DNA of 64,000 nt from Diplonema japonicum (Eukaryota > Protista > Euglenozoa: Diplonemea). The position numbers were made by a program, and so were the translations under genes. Below are positions 35,764 to 48,988 of the stretch, piece after piece. The notes under the pieces are model-generated. The model had not been told where the DNA came from. It worked only from the letters and a program-made list of their open reading frames with translations, and made no database searches. The first letter of the stretch is position 1. Every line of letters starts with the position of its first letter. The stretch covers positions 62,001 to 126,000 of the forward strand of contig OZ025729.1 of NCBI GenBank assembly GCA_964019335.1, given 5' to 3'.

Positions 35764-37349
35764 CTGTAAAACGAATAATGTCGGACGGAAAAACTCCCGG
35801 ACACCAAAAAAAACCCGGACATTTTTCCGTCCGGGAGTTTTTCTGGGAAGAAGTTTTTTTACTTAAGGGGGGTAGCAGCTCCCACCACGTTTGCCTGGAA
35901 GGGCTTTATTCCTTGTGCAGGGCCAAAATGTTTACCCTGCGTGGCAGTTTGAATTTTTCTTCCCCTTTCAATGCACCAACAAACAGCACCCACGGGATCT
36001 TTAACTTCTCATAAACCCGTACTTCTTTCGTCAAATTAACCAGTTCGACTACACCCAAGGCACGTTGAGCAGCTGGCTTGTGAGGGGCCCAACTTTGGTG
36101 CTGACACCCCTGGCCAGCTCACCCCCGAGAGGTGGAGGAGATAAACTCCTTACACCGGGCCGAGAAGGCCAGTACAAACCCCCGAAAGCAGCTTGGCGGC
36201 CTCTGCCTCGGTCAGAAGACGGCAGCAACAGAGCCCCCAGTTTCTTCCAGACGGAAATACTATTCCACCCTACCACACCCTGGCCGCCGCGACGCCGTGA
36301 TAGCAGTGTATCGCCCAATACAGGATTTAGCATCCTTCGGGGGCTGAAAGGTTTTTGCTTGAGTCGATAGGTAAAACAGGCTTGGCGAGCCTATCCCAGC
36401 ACAACAAATATGCACCTATGCAGAAGGGCTGCTGCGCGCCAATCCAGCCCGAAAGACAGACCTGGTAGACTTTGGTGGGGCACTGTCCTTTTCCACTGGC
36501 TACAAAACTTTGCAGCAAGAAAGACAAAAGCCGCAAGCCACCTCCGGAAAGCCCGGAAACGAGAAAGACAACGAGAAGGCACGCTGTTTCACCATGGAAT
36601 ATAGGTCCATAATCGACACCCATAAAGTAAGGGAATTAGTCTGGAATACGGGGTTAAAAACTAAAACGAAAAGGGGTGCTAAGGTCGTAAAAGTCCGTGG
36701 CTGGCTGTTTCCTTGGCTGGATGAGTTGCATCCGCAACTTAAATACAAAGGCAAAGCGGAAACGCAACCGGCAGGGATTATCCGTGCCCAGGTCAAGCAC
36801 CTGCCCATCGAATGGAGCCTAACGGCATCGCCCAATCATTGGGCTAATTATGATACTCGGTATCTGGGTTACAGAACTGTTTCTTCCTTTTTTGCTATAA
36901 ATCATCGATTCCCATGGTTTTGCCGAACGGGCCGGTTCTGCTGCTTGTCGGCGACCACAACTCTATGCCTATGGGTTCGTAGAGTTGTTCGCAGGCGCAA
37001 ACGTGCACATTGCTTTTGTCCCCCTGGGCTCACCTACATGGTTCAACCGATGGATATTGGGTTGAACGCAGCTGTAAAGCATCTATTAAGAAAGGTAGTA
37101 GGCCACACGAAGGCTCGACAAGCTGATTGCCTCAGGGGCAGCAAGGGAGGACAAAGATGTAGAAAGGGAACCCTGGGGATTTCTTCGCGCGGTTGCCGTT
37201 TGCAGCCAGTATGTAGGTGGTTGTGGACCAGGCCCCCTGACGGCCTTACCTAAAAAAAATTCTCGGACGGAAAAACTCTCGGACGGAAGAATTCCCGGAC
37301 GCCAAAAAAACTCGGACATTTTTCCGTCCGAGAGTTTTTCGTTTTACAG
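35764..37349 (+). mobile_element. Tc1/mariner superfamily pogo-like DNA transposon, degenerate (copy A)
   Basis: TA|CTGTAAAACGAA ... TTCGTTTTACAG|TA, with multiple CGGACGGAAAAA subterminal repeats. Remnant PPGLTYMVQPMDIGLNAAVK matches the pogo DDE_1 QPLD motif. Confidence 0.88.
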
Positions 37350-38071
37350 TATTTCAAAAAAATGATTTTATAGCAAAATGCAACTTGTGCCCTTCGCAGC
37401 TTTCTAAAAACCTTTTTTTGCTCGTGCGAACAGCAAAGACATATAGTTCTATACAGGGAAAATTTCCTGTGAAGATGGTGCGCCTTCAAGCTGTTGCTAG
37501 CACTGGTTGCCGTCATGCTGGCTTTGGACCCCCCCGTGTATGCATACAAGGGCTGTTTTATCGACAAAAGTAATACAAATGCTGGCAGCGTGATTTTTTA
37601 GACCAACCTTTTTTTTTTTTTTTTTTTTTTTTTTGTAATCAAGTAGACAGTGCTTGTGCAGAGCGTCACCGACACTGGCCTCCTTTATCTCACATTTTTT
37701 CCTCCTCCCCCCGCCAAAAGCCCCCCCCCCAAAAAAAAACGGAACGGGGACAGAGTGATTAGTTTCTTTCTCTTTTTCTTTCTACCGAAGGGTTGGGGGT
37801 TTTTTTTTTCTTTTTCCTTTTCTCCGTTGGCGAGATTTAGTTGCCATCGCCGGCAGTGCAGCCGAACAGAGATGATCTCCATTCGTCCAGATACGTATTG
37901 CTGTAGAGACACTGACGTCCCGTTATTTGCCCTCTTTAGTATTCCCTCCCTCCCTCCCACCTCTCTGTTCTCTTACATTTTCACGAGGCTGCTATAGCGG
38001 TCGAAAAAAAAAAAAAGAAAGAGCAGAAGAAGTTTCCTTTTTTAAAGCACACCCAGGTTGAGGGAGCGGGG

Positions 38072-39293
38072 ATGCGGCACGGAGCACATGGTTATGTCTC
38101 ACAAGCTGCCGTCCTTCTCAGCAGTGTGCACCTCGTGGCATCGCTGCCCACAACGTACCAGGAGGCCCCTGTAGCGGTTGACCAATTTAGCTGTCTTGAT
38201 AACCAAGGGTGGTGCAGGTGTACTACGGGGAAGATGCTGACAGGGTTGTACAAAAATGGCTGCGACGCACTCTATTGCCTTGATCAGTACCACTGTGCAA
38301 GGCCCGCCGATAGCACAGGTGTCGGCGACTGTGTCACCATCAGTGTTGATGCAGCCCTCACCAACAACAATACAGGGACAAGTGGAACAGCTATCTGCCC
38401 AGCAAGCAAGATGCTCAACGGCATCTACAGAGCCGCCTGCGACGACCTCTCTTGCATCGACCAGTTCGAGTGCTGTGAGTTCACCCACCCTGACGGCACC
38501 TATGAGTACGGCGCTGAAGTGTCTGCTGACTGGGACACCTGCTTCGGTTCGTCTACAGGGTGGTGTGATGTCCCCACCGACACCTACATGGTAGGCATAA
38601 GTCGAGGTGCTACCCCCAACGACCTGACGGCCATCGACCTCGGGTGGTACAGGGAGCTGGTCTTTATCCCTAACAAAACAGATGCGCCAGACACCCCTGC
38701 ACCTGACACGCCGGCACCACCTACACTTGCACCTCCTACGCTTGCGCCTCCTACTGGTGCCCCACCCACTTCTTCACCTCTCTCACAGGCGCCTCCTACT
38801 CCTGCGCCGCCTTCTCCTGCACCTGACACCCCTGCACCTCCCACTTCTGCACCTCCAACAGCGGCATCTTCCACGCAGGCGCCTGTCTCACCTGTCCCTG
38901 TTACGATGGGACCCACTACACCATCGCCACCAACGCCGGCGCCTCTCACCCCTGTTCCAGACACACTTGCACCCGTGACACCAGTGGAGCTCCTTGTTCG
39001 GAGGGGAAAGAGCGAGCTGTCGTCAGAAGGGATACAAGAAGGAGAGGGGGAGAGGGTGGAGTGGGAGCTTCTTGGGGGCATGCTGCGGTGCGCCGGGTGC
39101 CTCGTGGAGGTGGAGGTTCGGTGGAGGGAAGGACAGGCGAGGTGCGGGGACGGGTCGGCACAGCAGTGCAAGGGAGGGGCCTGCATCGTGGTGGAAACGG
39201 ACAGGAGCCCCTCACAAAACAACGATGGCCTTGCTGGGACTGTGATGCGTACCTGCATGGCTGTAAAAGGGCAGCTTGAGACATATGAGAATG

Positions 39294-39338
<45 letters not shown>

Positions 39339-40961
39339 GCAGCATCAGCGACCTCAACAACAAGATCACTCTGTCGATAGCAGACGAGGGGTTTCGAGCG
39401 TACTCCCCGATGAGCGAGAAGCTGAAGGTTCATGTGTCTCGGGAGGTGTTCGGGGAGGAGGCGTGGGAAGAACTGTGCTCGGACCCCATGAGGAGGATTG
39501 GGGAGGGACTTGTTTGTTGGTGCAGTGGTGGTGGTGGGAACAATGATAACGGAAACGGCGAGAAGGCAACGACACCCCCTGTAGTCTTCGCAGACGGGGG
39601 CTGTGTGGCTGAGTACATGATACAGGCACAGGTTCCTGAGTTACCGAACAAGGATCAGCTGGAGGCAGTGTCCACAATAGGTGTGGGTTCGATCCTTGTG
39701 ACGTCAGCGCTGGCTCCTGTGTCTGTGGGGGCTGGGGGCGGTGTGATGCGTGTGTCCCTCCTCACGAAGGGGATGCTGTGTCCCAGCGACGGTCCGACGA
39801 AGCTCGACAGACTCGTGAACCCCTTCCAGCTCCGCATTGGGGACGACCCGAGGGTACGGGAGGTGAACGGGGCTGTTGTCGGGGGGATCCTCCTCCAGTT
39901 CGCCTTCTTCCTGCTGGGGGCCCTGTGTGTCCTGTACGTGTATGTGAAGATCAAAGCCGAAGAAGAAGAAGGAGAAGAAGGGAACGGAACAACAGGAGAA
40001 GGCGGTTCCAGGAGGTTGGAGCGGGATGGGCTGACGATGACCTACCTGGCGGCAAGGGGACGCTTCGGGTGGCTTCTCATCCCCGCTGTGTTCATGTATG
40101 GGGGAGCGGTGATGAGCTGCAGTGCGGCCCTCCTCTACAGCTCTACCTTGTTCAAGGTTTTGGGTGGGGTGGACCTCGCCCTTTTCGGGGTGGGGCTTCC
40201 TGTCTTCGCCTTCCGTGTGTCTCTGCGTGTGAAGGGCCACGCCCATGTGGAGCCATTCATCAACAACAACTTCAACAACGAAGACGAGAAGCAGCAGAAA
40301 CAACAACAACAACAACAACAACAACAGCAACAAGGGAGGCTTCGGTGGCTGTTGTGGGGTTCGTCTGAGTGGGTTGTGCACAACGGTTTCCTGGACGAGT
40401 CGTGGCAGGAGCTCCACCGGCTTGTGTACGACGGCTACAAGGAGTATGCGAGGAGCTTCCTCGGACAGGAGCTCTTGTTCACGTGCTTGCTGGGGATGGT
40501 GGAGGCGTACGAGCCGTCGACCCCGCACCAGTGCCGTGTGAAGGGGGTGCTGGTCTGTGTGTTGTTTGGGCTGTTCCTGCTGTTGCTCTTGGTGTTCCGT
40601 CCGTACCTCGCCCCCTACGAGAACGCGGCCGAGGCAGGGATCGTGGCGCTGGAGCTCATAATGTCGTGCTTCATCCTGGTGGCCCTTGGGGAGGAGCGGC
40701 CGACAGAGCACTGGTCGGCGCTGTGGGCTGGGAACCTTGCGATCGCAGTTATAAACCTCATCGTGTTGAAGTTCCTTGTGGACCTGGCGATCTTCCTGTA
40801 CGACGAGAGGGAGGTGTGGGCCTACAAGGGGGGCAAGGGGCTCTTCCTTGTCCACCTTCTCTGCTGCGGGAACAGGATGCTCCACGACGACGGGGAATGG
40901 GCTGCGGGGGTGACCCCTGACCTCCACCATGGCAGGAAGAAGGAAAGGGGGAGGATGGATG

Positions 40962-40993
<32 letters not shown>

Positions 40994-41308
40994 GACGGGG
41001 GCCTTCTTCTCGAGATGAAGCAGAATGAGCAGCCTGGCAAAGCATGCTTCAGTGAAGCAGCAGGGGACCTGACAACGCCTTTCACACAGCTGGGCGACCT
41101 GGATGGATTCCTTCCTGTGAGCAACCCCTTACACCACTGGGAGGGGCAGGATGATGGGAATGGGAATGGGAGTGAGAGTGAGGTAGACATCCCCCCTTCC
41201 CCCATGAGCGACTACTCAAGGTACCGCCCACCTTACCAGCCACACTTTGGGATGGCTTGGAAGGGTGTCGTGATGAGAGAAAAAGAAAAGTCTCAGCAGT
41301 TTACTTGA
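38072..41308 (+). CDS. Receptor family member R5: chimeric, with R6/R7-type head, short stalk, extra Cys-rich ectodomain and a divergent multi-TM module
   Basis: The 5' leader and head are closely similar to 51908/57908. After about 38980 the DNA is unrelated, but the protein keeps module motifs (C...NPFQLRIG..GAVVGG, SEWV, Y.GY, RPY). CAA-encoded poly-N/poly-Q tracts are present. Confidence 0.85.
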
Positions 41309-41464
41309 TTGAAATAGAAAAAAAGAATATAAACCTTCCTTCCCCCCATTCCCCCTCCACATGATGCGAATCGATCTTCCGTTTCCTCAATTGTTCAAAA
41401 GAAACTTGGAAACGCGTTAACCTGCCAACATAGCCCTAGGCATGCCTGCGTGAAGAAGAATATA

Positions 41465-43070
41465 CTGTAAAACGAAAAACTCCCGGACGGAAAAATATCC
41501 GAGTTTTTTTGGCGTCCGGGAGTTTTTCCGTCCGGGAATTTTTTTTAGGTAAGGCCGTCAGGGGGCCTGGTCCACTACCACCTACATACTGGCCTGGGCT
41601 GCAAACGGCAACCGCGCGAAGAAATCCCCAGGGTTCCCTTTCTGCATCTTTGTCCTCCCTTGCTGCCCCTGAGGCAATCAGCTTGTCGAGCCTTCGTGTG
41701 GCCTACTACCTTTCTTAATAGATGCTTTACAGCTGCGTTCAACCCAATATCCATCGGTTGAACCATGTAGGTGAGCCCAGGGGGACAAAAGCAATGTGCA
41801 CGTTTGCGCCTGCGAACAACTCTACGAACCCATAGGCATAGGTCGTGTGAGAGTTGTGGTCGCCGACAAGCAGCAGAACCGGCCCGTTCGGCAAAACCAT
41901 GGGAATCGATGATTTATAGCAAAAAAGGAAGAAACAGTTCTGTAACCCAGATACCGAGTATCATAATTAGCCCAATGATTGGGCGATGCCGTTAGGCTCC
42001 ATTCGATGGGCAGGTGCTTGACCTGGGCACGGATAATCCCTGCCGGTTGCGTTTCCGCTTTGCCTTTGTATTTAAGTTGCGGATGCAACTCATCCAGCCA
42101 AGGAAACAGCCAGCCACGGACTTTTACGACCTTAGCACCCCTTTTCGTTTTAGTTTTTAACTCCGTATTCCAGACCAATTCCCTTACTTTATGGGTGTCG
42201 ATTATGGACCTATATTCCATGGTGAAACAGCGTGCCTTCTCGTTGTCTTTCTCGTTTCCGGGCTTTCCGGAGGTGGCTCGCGGCTTTTGTCTTTCTTGCT
42301 GCAAAGTTTTGTCAGCCTAGCCAGTGGAAAAGGACAGTGCCCCACCAAAGTCTACCAGGTCTGTCTTTCGGGCTGGATTGGCGCGCAGCAGCCCTTCTGC
42401 ATAGGTGCATATTTGTTGTGCTGGGATAGGCTCGCCAAGCCCGTTTTACCTATCGACTCAAGCAAAAACCTTTCAGCCCCCGAAGGATGCTAAATCCCGT
42501 ATTGGGCGATACACTGCTATCACGGCGTCGCGGCGGCCAGGGTGTGGTAGGGTGGAATAGCAACGTCCAGTATTTCCGTCTGGAAGAAACTGGGGGCTCT
42601 GTTGAACCTGTTGCTGCCGTCTTCTGACCGAGGCAGAGGCCGCCAAGCTGCTTTCGGGGGTCGTACTGGCCTTCTCGGCCCGGTGTAAGGAGTTTATCTC
42701 CTCCACCTCTCGGGTGAGCTGGCCGGGGGTGTCAGCACCAAAGTTGGGCCCCTCACAAGCCAGCTGCTCAACGTGCCTTGGGTAGTCGAACTGGTTAATT
42801 TGACGAAAGAAGTACGGGTTTATGAGAAGTTAAAGATCCCGTGGGTGCTGTTTGTTGGTGCATTGAAAGGGGAAGAAAAATTCAAACTGCCACGCAGGGT
42901 AAACATTTTGGCCCTGCACAAGGAATAAAGCCCTTCCAGGCAAACGTGGTGGGAGCTGCTACCCCCCCTTAAGTAAAAAGACTTCTTCCCAGAAAAACTC
43001 CTGGACGGAAAAATGTCCGGGTTTTTTTGGTGTCCGGGAGTTTTTCTGTCCGACATTATTCGTTTTACAG
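41465..43070 (-). mobile_element. pogo-like DNA transposon, degenerate (copy B, inverted relative to copy A)
   Basis: Full-length reverse-complement match to 35764-37349 with small indels. TA on both sides and the same QPMD remnant. Confidence 0.88.
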
Positions 43071-43165
43071 TAGCTATTTTTTTCCCTTGGGACAAACTGG
43101 AAAAATAGATTTTCCCTACCCCCCACCTATCCCCTTGTTCTGATAAGTAAAATAAACAGTCTCGA

Positions 43166-43530
43166 ATGAATAGTAGAACAGCTATTGACAACCTGGTGGA
43201 CAATAGGCTGGGGGGAGTTTTTTTTTCTAAAGGAAGGAGGGCCTTCCCAGCTGAGCCGAGCACAAGGGTGCACACACTACGATCCATCGGGAGGACAAAG
43301 GCGGTGATCGGATGGAACAGGAGGGCGATATTTGCATCACCGAAGACCAAGCATGACCTAGAGGCGTTGAAAGGACAATGGGCAAGAGAACGAAGAGAAA
43401 GAGCGGCCAGGCTGGGGAGAAGGCCGGCAAGACCACCAAAGGAGGAGAAACCGCTGCTGAAAGGGGATAGGTGCAGGTAGAAGATGAGAACAAGGGGGCG
43501 TCTCACAAAGACTTCCTTTAACTCATATAT
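43166..43530 (+). mobile_element. Possible 3' end of a truncated non-LTR retroelement
   Basis: A purine-rich coding-like stretch ends at TAG 43480, followed by GGGCG...CCTTTAACTCATATATTTTT. The same terminal motif occurs at 61851-61890, with related copies at about 43775 and about 51221. Confidence 0.3.
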
Positions 43531-44005
43531 TTTTTCTTCTTTTTCATATTTTCTTTTAGGCGATCCTGTCACATACTGCAGGCTCCCTTCAAAGACATCT
43601 TTTTTTTAAATTATGTTTCGCTTCTTAACCATTTGCTCTAAGAAACACGAACTTCTCTTTTAAAGCTCAGTCATTGCTCTTCGTGATTGCATAACCCTCT
43701 CCGTTTTCTTTTTTCCCTCCCCTCCCCCTCACGCGGGGTTTGCATGATCGACACTTTTTATTCTTTTTTTTTGAGAGGGCGTCTCACAAAGACCTCCTTT
43801 TAGCTCATATTTCTGTTTCCCCTTTTCCATCCCCCCGCTGGCCCAAGGGCAGCGATAGAAAGTGTAAAGTGTTATGTGAGTTGTCATCAATTGCTTCAGC
43901 GTTGCTGTGATTGACTGGCGCACTACGTTTTCATATATGACATGTGAGGTTTAGTGGTTAAAAGAGCTTAAATATTGCAAAACAGTAAATCCCTTTATAA
44001 GGTTT

Positions 44006-44135
44006 GATCCTGGGCACTTCTGGGCCGAAAACCATGGGGTTTGGGTGATTTGTGGGCTCTTTTGGGGTGGTTAGAGTCTTTTTAAGGTAAGCGAAAAAAC
44101 TGAAAAAACGGCAAAAAAACGACCCCTAATGACCC
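44006..44135 (+). repeat. Interspersed direct repeat (second copy 47396-47547), possibly a tRNA-headed SINE
   Basis: Shared GAT(C/T)CTGGGCACTTCTGGG...TTTGGGTGATTTGTGGGC...ACGACCCC..ATGACCC. The first copy is preceded by A-box-like GGTTTAGTGG and overlaps B-box-like GGTTTGATCC. Confidence 0.65.
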
Positions 44136-44300
44136 ATTCTCAAGCTCTTCTTTTCTTCGAATTCGTTTGCTCGTTTCCATGTTTCCTTCCATGTTATGCT
44201 TTTTTTTACATTCTCTCAACAGGGGGGGGGGGGGGGGGGTAGAAATCCATCACACAGTGGAGATTTACTAAAAAAAAGAACACACCGTAAAAAAAGAAGG

Positions 44301-45835
44301 ATGCAGGAAATGCAGAACCTTAAGAAGTACAGGAAAGGGGGTCAGGGGGCCAGGGGCCGGTTTACATGGCGGTGAGGGAGGTTCAGCCACCTCCCGCAAG
44401 AGCCTCACTACCTTCTCTTGAGAGGGGTCCCTCCCTCTCCAGGAGCAGGTCCCCTCCAGTGTACAAGGGCATCACGATGTGGAGCTCCCACTGCGTCACC
44501 CCAGGAACCAGCTGCCTTGTCGTCCCGAAATAATACACACGAGACCACATTCCTGTGCTTCAGCTGCAGCCTCCACCTCCTTCACGCCCCTCACGTAGTC
44601 CTTCGTCCACAACCTTCATCGCGAACTCCTGCAGGCGCTGGCCTACTTGCACGGAAAATTGGATCCACAGGGACGTGAAGCCTCAGAACATCATGGTGGA
44701 CGTCAGCAACAACTACAACACCCCTGAAGGGAAGACGAGGTTTGTTCTGGCTGACCCGGGACTGTCGAGGGCTGTTGCTGGTGCAAGTGGTAGCAGCAGC
44801 AGCAGCATGATGATCTATAGTTTTTCTGGAGCGACCGCCAACGGCGTTGTGGGAACCCCCGCCTTCATGGGACCCGACCCACGTACACCAACAAGGTGGA
44901 CATGTGGGCCCTCGGGGTGACCGTGTGCTTGCTGCCGTTCTGGAGGACAAGCAGCTGAGGGAGTGGTTCCTGAAGTACCTGAAGATGAACCGTGGCCTTG
45001 TGATGGGTGAGCTGGAAGGATGCCTCCGTGGTGAGGAGAGGAGGAGGCCCCTCCTTGTGGCTGTGGGGTCGGGTGTGGAGGAGGTTCGGGTGGCGGCAGA
45101 GAAAGCCTTCGCAAAGGACGGGCGGGACGAGTTCGCAAGGTGGAGGTCTTCAGCAGCGACTTCGATCTGTTCGTGGATGCCGACAGCGAGACTGTCTTCC
45201 AAGACAAGGGACGGGTGAAGGTCTTCTCTGAGCACACCCACAACAACAACAACGTCGACCGCTACCACCACGATCCGAACCAACATCAGCATCCCGTTGC
45301 AGCCTTGAAGGAAGCAAGCCAACTCACCTCAGAGGAAGAAGTGAAGAGGAAGGGCCTCGTTGTGGAGTGGGAAGAAGGCATGGAGGGGTTCTTGGGAATG
45401 ATGGGAAAGGTGCAGGTGGTGGTGAAGCACGACGAGCTTCGGTTGCTTGATAAGCTGGAGGAACGTCCACCGTTCTTGGTGCTTGACTTCACAGGAGCTT
45501 CCCTGGTTGATGTGGATGAGAGGTACCCCATTGTGATGGGCTTTGAACACGTGGTGCTGAAGGGCGTGTGGGGCAACATCGCTGATGACTTCCTGGCAAG
45601 TAGGACCCCTTGTCGGCTGAGGTCACTCTGCTTCTCTCTCGACTCATTGCCCACCGTGACAGGGCCAGGGTCTATCACCATCGGCGAATGCTCCTTGTTT
45701 AGGTGCACTTCCCTTCAGGCTGTCAATCTCGCACCGCTTTCCAACATCACCAGCTTACTTCTTGTCTTGGTGCAACTCCCTTCAGGCAATCAAAGCCAAC
45801 AAGAGCTTGCGTCTCCAAGGAGCTTAAAAAGTTAA
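44301..45835 (+). pseudogene. Ser/Thr protein kinase plus BspA-like leucine-rich repeat pseudogene
   Basis: Frameshifted motifs KGGQG..VY, LAYLH, WIHRDVKPQNIMV, LADPGLSR, VGTPAFMGP and KVDMWALGV, then LRR-like IADDFLAS...IGECSLFRCTSLQAVNLAPLSNITS. Confidence 0.8.
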
Positions 45836-46264
45836 GGCAATAAAGTAGTGAGTGTACTGTGATAAGTAGGAGGGCTCAGGAGGCAAGAGAAGAAGTACTG
45901 ATCAGTGTGTGGATGCTGACTAGACCTACAGCCATAGATGACGGCACCTCGTAGCGAGCTGAAGTCCGGGCACCAGGAACTGTTGCTTTTTCTAGTTGGT
46001 ATTTTTCATTCCCTTCAAGCATTTGACGTCCCTCTTGAGATATTTCCCCTCTAGACGGAGGAAAAACAGAAAGGCTGTTAAACGAAAGCACTGTATTAGC
46101 TTAACTTTTTCTTGCTCCCCTCCCCCCCCTCACCCGCTCCCCAAAAAAGACCATCTCATTCAGTTTCGAATAGAAGCAGTCCTGGTGCTCCCGTCCTCGC
46201 CTTGCTTAGTACTGCATTAGATTACGTTTTATTTATTATTTTTTTTTTTTTTTGAGTGTTGTAA

Positions 46265-47330
46265 TTAACCATCTACCAACGGACCATTTTTGCCCACCAG
46301 GGGTAAATTTCAAAACTTCAAAAAAAGCTATTCCAGCGCAACGCCGGGGCTATATGCCCCCGGAAATGCCTCCAGATGTCCCAATTCTAGAGAGAGGGTG
46401 CCCACAGCAGGGCCCACCCCCACAACATTGTCAAAAATATCGTTCCTGAAGTGCTCGAGAGGGGGTACAAAAAACAAGTCAAAAAAAATCGACTGTAAAA
46501 TTCTATAAAAAGCTATTTAAGGCCTTCTTGACGCGGTTCGTACGTGCCCCAGGGCTGGGGGACTTCTTTTTTGACCCCGAGAGGGGTTTCTGGGGGTATC
46601 CCCGGCAAGGTGGCAGTCTTTGAAGCACGGAGTCACGCAAAGTTGTACCAAACAGGCTGAACACTGAAATAGGGGTCTTTTCGACTTGAAATGCTTGTAC
46701 CGCACGTTGCACTACTTTTTCGGGGAAATGGTCCCAGAAGGTACTGTCACGGCGCATTGGGGTCTCAGAGCACTCGTTCTGTGTTTCGGGGCATGGTATT
46801 GGGGCAGCCTGCTCTGTAGTTGACTTTATCTGTTGTTTAGACTGCCTCCCTAGTAGCCCTTCGATGACTGCCTCTTTGAAAGGCGTCAATACACTGTCGT
46901 TCGTACTCAGGGTGTTGGGGGGCAAGGCTTCTTTCCAAACAAGCCAAGCATTCGCCAGAGATTTACCTAACAAGTACGAAAATACTTTTAGGGGCCACTT
47001 TTAAGTCATAAGGGTGCGTTTATGGCGTTTTGTCACAGCATCACCCAGGTCGGTTCCGCCCATTGCGGTGTTGTAAATATGCACTTGGTGGGGAACAAGA
47101 TGTCCTTTCCGGCTTTCATTCTCTTTTGGCGGACGGTCAAATTTGACTTCACTGGAACATCCAACGTCGATAGAAAGCACACAGGCTTGATGTCATGCCA
47201 CGTTGTGGTGCAAAGGATGCTCGCGTGCTGGTGGAACTGTGTCCCCACGGGATGCGCGTCCTTGGGCTTGCGGCCTCGCTTCTTTGGGGCATCCATGATC
47301 TCCGGGAGGCCTTCGCGATAGGTAGAGGCC
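46265..47330 (-). mobile_element. piggyBac transposase C-terminal half (pseudogene) with probable right end
   Basis: WHDIKPVCFLST, frameshifted YNTAMGGTDLGD, LANAWLVWK...FKEAVIEGL and the Cys-rich tail FQCSACLVQLCVTPCFKDCH. TTAA|CC at about 46266. Confidence 0.8.
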
Positions 47331-47739
47331 CCTATTTTATGTTCCCTAGGATTACATAGGGAAAGTACCAAACGGGGGCCCCAAAATTAGAACATGATTC
47401 TGGGCACTTCTGGGGCTGGAAACCATCGGGAAACGGGGGTTTGGGTGATTTGTGGGCACTTTTGGGGTGGTTACAGTTTTTTTAAGGGCCCAAAATGCCC
47501 TTGGCGAAGAGCCTGAAAAAGGGCAAATAACGACCCCCTTATGACCCCCCCTACCCCCCCTCTTTTGTTCTGTTCTGTATTCTTTCCGTCAATGGACTGA
47601 TACCGGCCGAGGAAGCATTATATTCGACTTTCTCTGTTTTTCATATGCAGTACTTTATCCTGCTTTTTTCTGTTTTTACATTCGAGCTTAATATCGACGA
47701 CTGCTTGACCTTTGGCTGATGGATTTAGCCTTGGGCGGC

Positions 47740-47772
<33 letters not shown>

Positions 47773-48338
47773 CTTTTTGCGACATTTAGCACAAGTGAGC
47801 GGTTCCCTCGTTCGATTTTACCTCAGGTTCGCCGGGCCGGAAGAAAGAAAAAAAAAGAAGGAGACTTTCTGAAAAGAACGGCAACCAATTTCTTTTTAAA
47901 ATCTTTTTGTTTCATATATCAAAAAAGCTCTCTCCTCTTTCGACAAGCGATTCACAGTCCCGAATATTTTTTTTTTATCTCCATTTTTAAGTGTGCTCCC
48001 CCCCCCCCCCCCCCCCCTGCCTGAATTGTTTTGTTTGTTTCATCTCGGTCCCCCCCCACATCTGACCCGGTCCCTACCTCTGACCAAGCCGCGGAAAGAA
48101 GAAAAAGAAAATAAAATAAAGAATTCTTCGTTGTCTTTTTGTTTTGTTTGCATCACATTTTGGCTTTGGCAAAAGAAAAAGGTTTTTTCTACCTTTTTTT
48201 TTACCTTAGAAAGTTTTTCTATAAAAAAAAAAAAAAAGCCACCCAATACCCTCTAAAATGACCAAAAAAAAAAAAAAAATCCGCCAGATCAGGGCACTTG
48301 TGAGCACTTGTTAATACTTTATTTTATTTGCATTTTTG

Positions 48339-48374
<36 letters not shown>

Positions 48375-48891
48375 TACCATTCCCTAATCTCGGGGAAAAT
48401 GATAGATATTCATCAGAAATGCCGCGTTCAAAAGGCGGAAATCGATTTTTTTTTTTGGTCAAAATAGCCCCAGGTGGCGCTGCACAGGCAAGAAGCTCAC
48501 TCCTGACTACAGGGCACAACAACTTGCCAGAACGCAGTCCACCCTTCCCACAGCCATGCATCCTTCAGCACAGAAGGGTAGCAACATCCGCTAGCGCGGT
48601 TAAGAAGTTTCGTATACCAGTCGGTTTGTGAAGCAACCAAAGTCATTCATCTTCTTGTTCTTCCTTTTTTTTGTGTCTTGAGCATCATAAGGTAGGCACG
48701 CCACCGCGGCGGGCCGTTGCTAACCACTTCGTTCCTATCATAGTGAATTTTTTTTTTTTTTTTTTTTTGCTTCCCCCTTTGCATCCCTCCCTCACCATCA
48801 CACCTTCAGGAAAATGTAACCTTTACGACAACACCGTCAGCGATGTGCCTGAGGTGTTATTCTTCTCTCTTCTTTTCCTCTTTGCATTAAG

Positions 48892-48980
48892 GGATGTGCT
48901 GCTTCCTTAGTCGAGAAGGGAGCTGAGGTTCACGTGCGGGACAACAGTGATGGCAACACCGCACTTCGCATCGCCGTTTT
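48892..48980 (+). pseudogene. Isolated ankyrin-repeat fragment
   Basis: Translates CAASLVEKGAEVHVRDNSDGNTALRIAV, matching the ankyrin consensus LLEKGADVNARDxxGNTALHxA. Preceded by a pyrimidine tract and AG. Confidence 0.6.
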
Positions 48981-48988
48981 GAAGAGAC

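Noticed and set aside
36510-37253. Intact transposase gene
   Set aside because: Only part of the frame carries pogo motifs, there is no complete DDD triad, and the second copy is broken differently.
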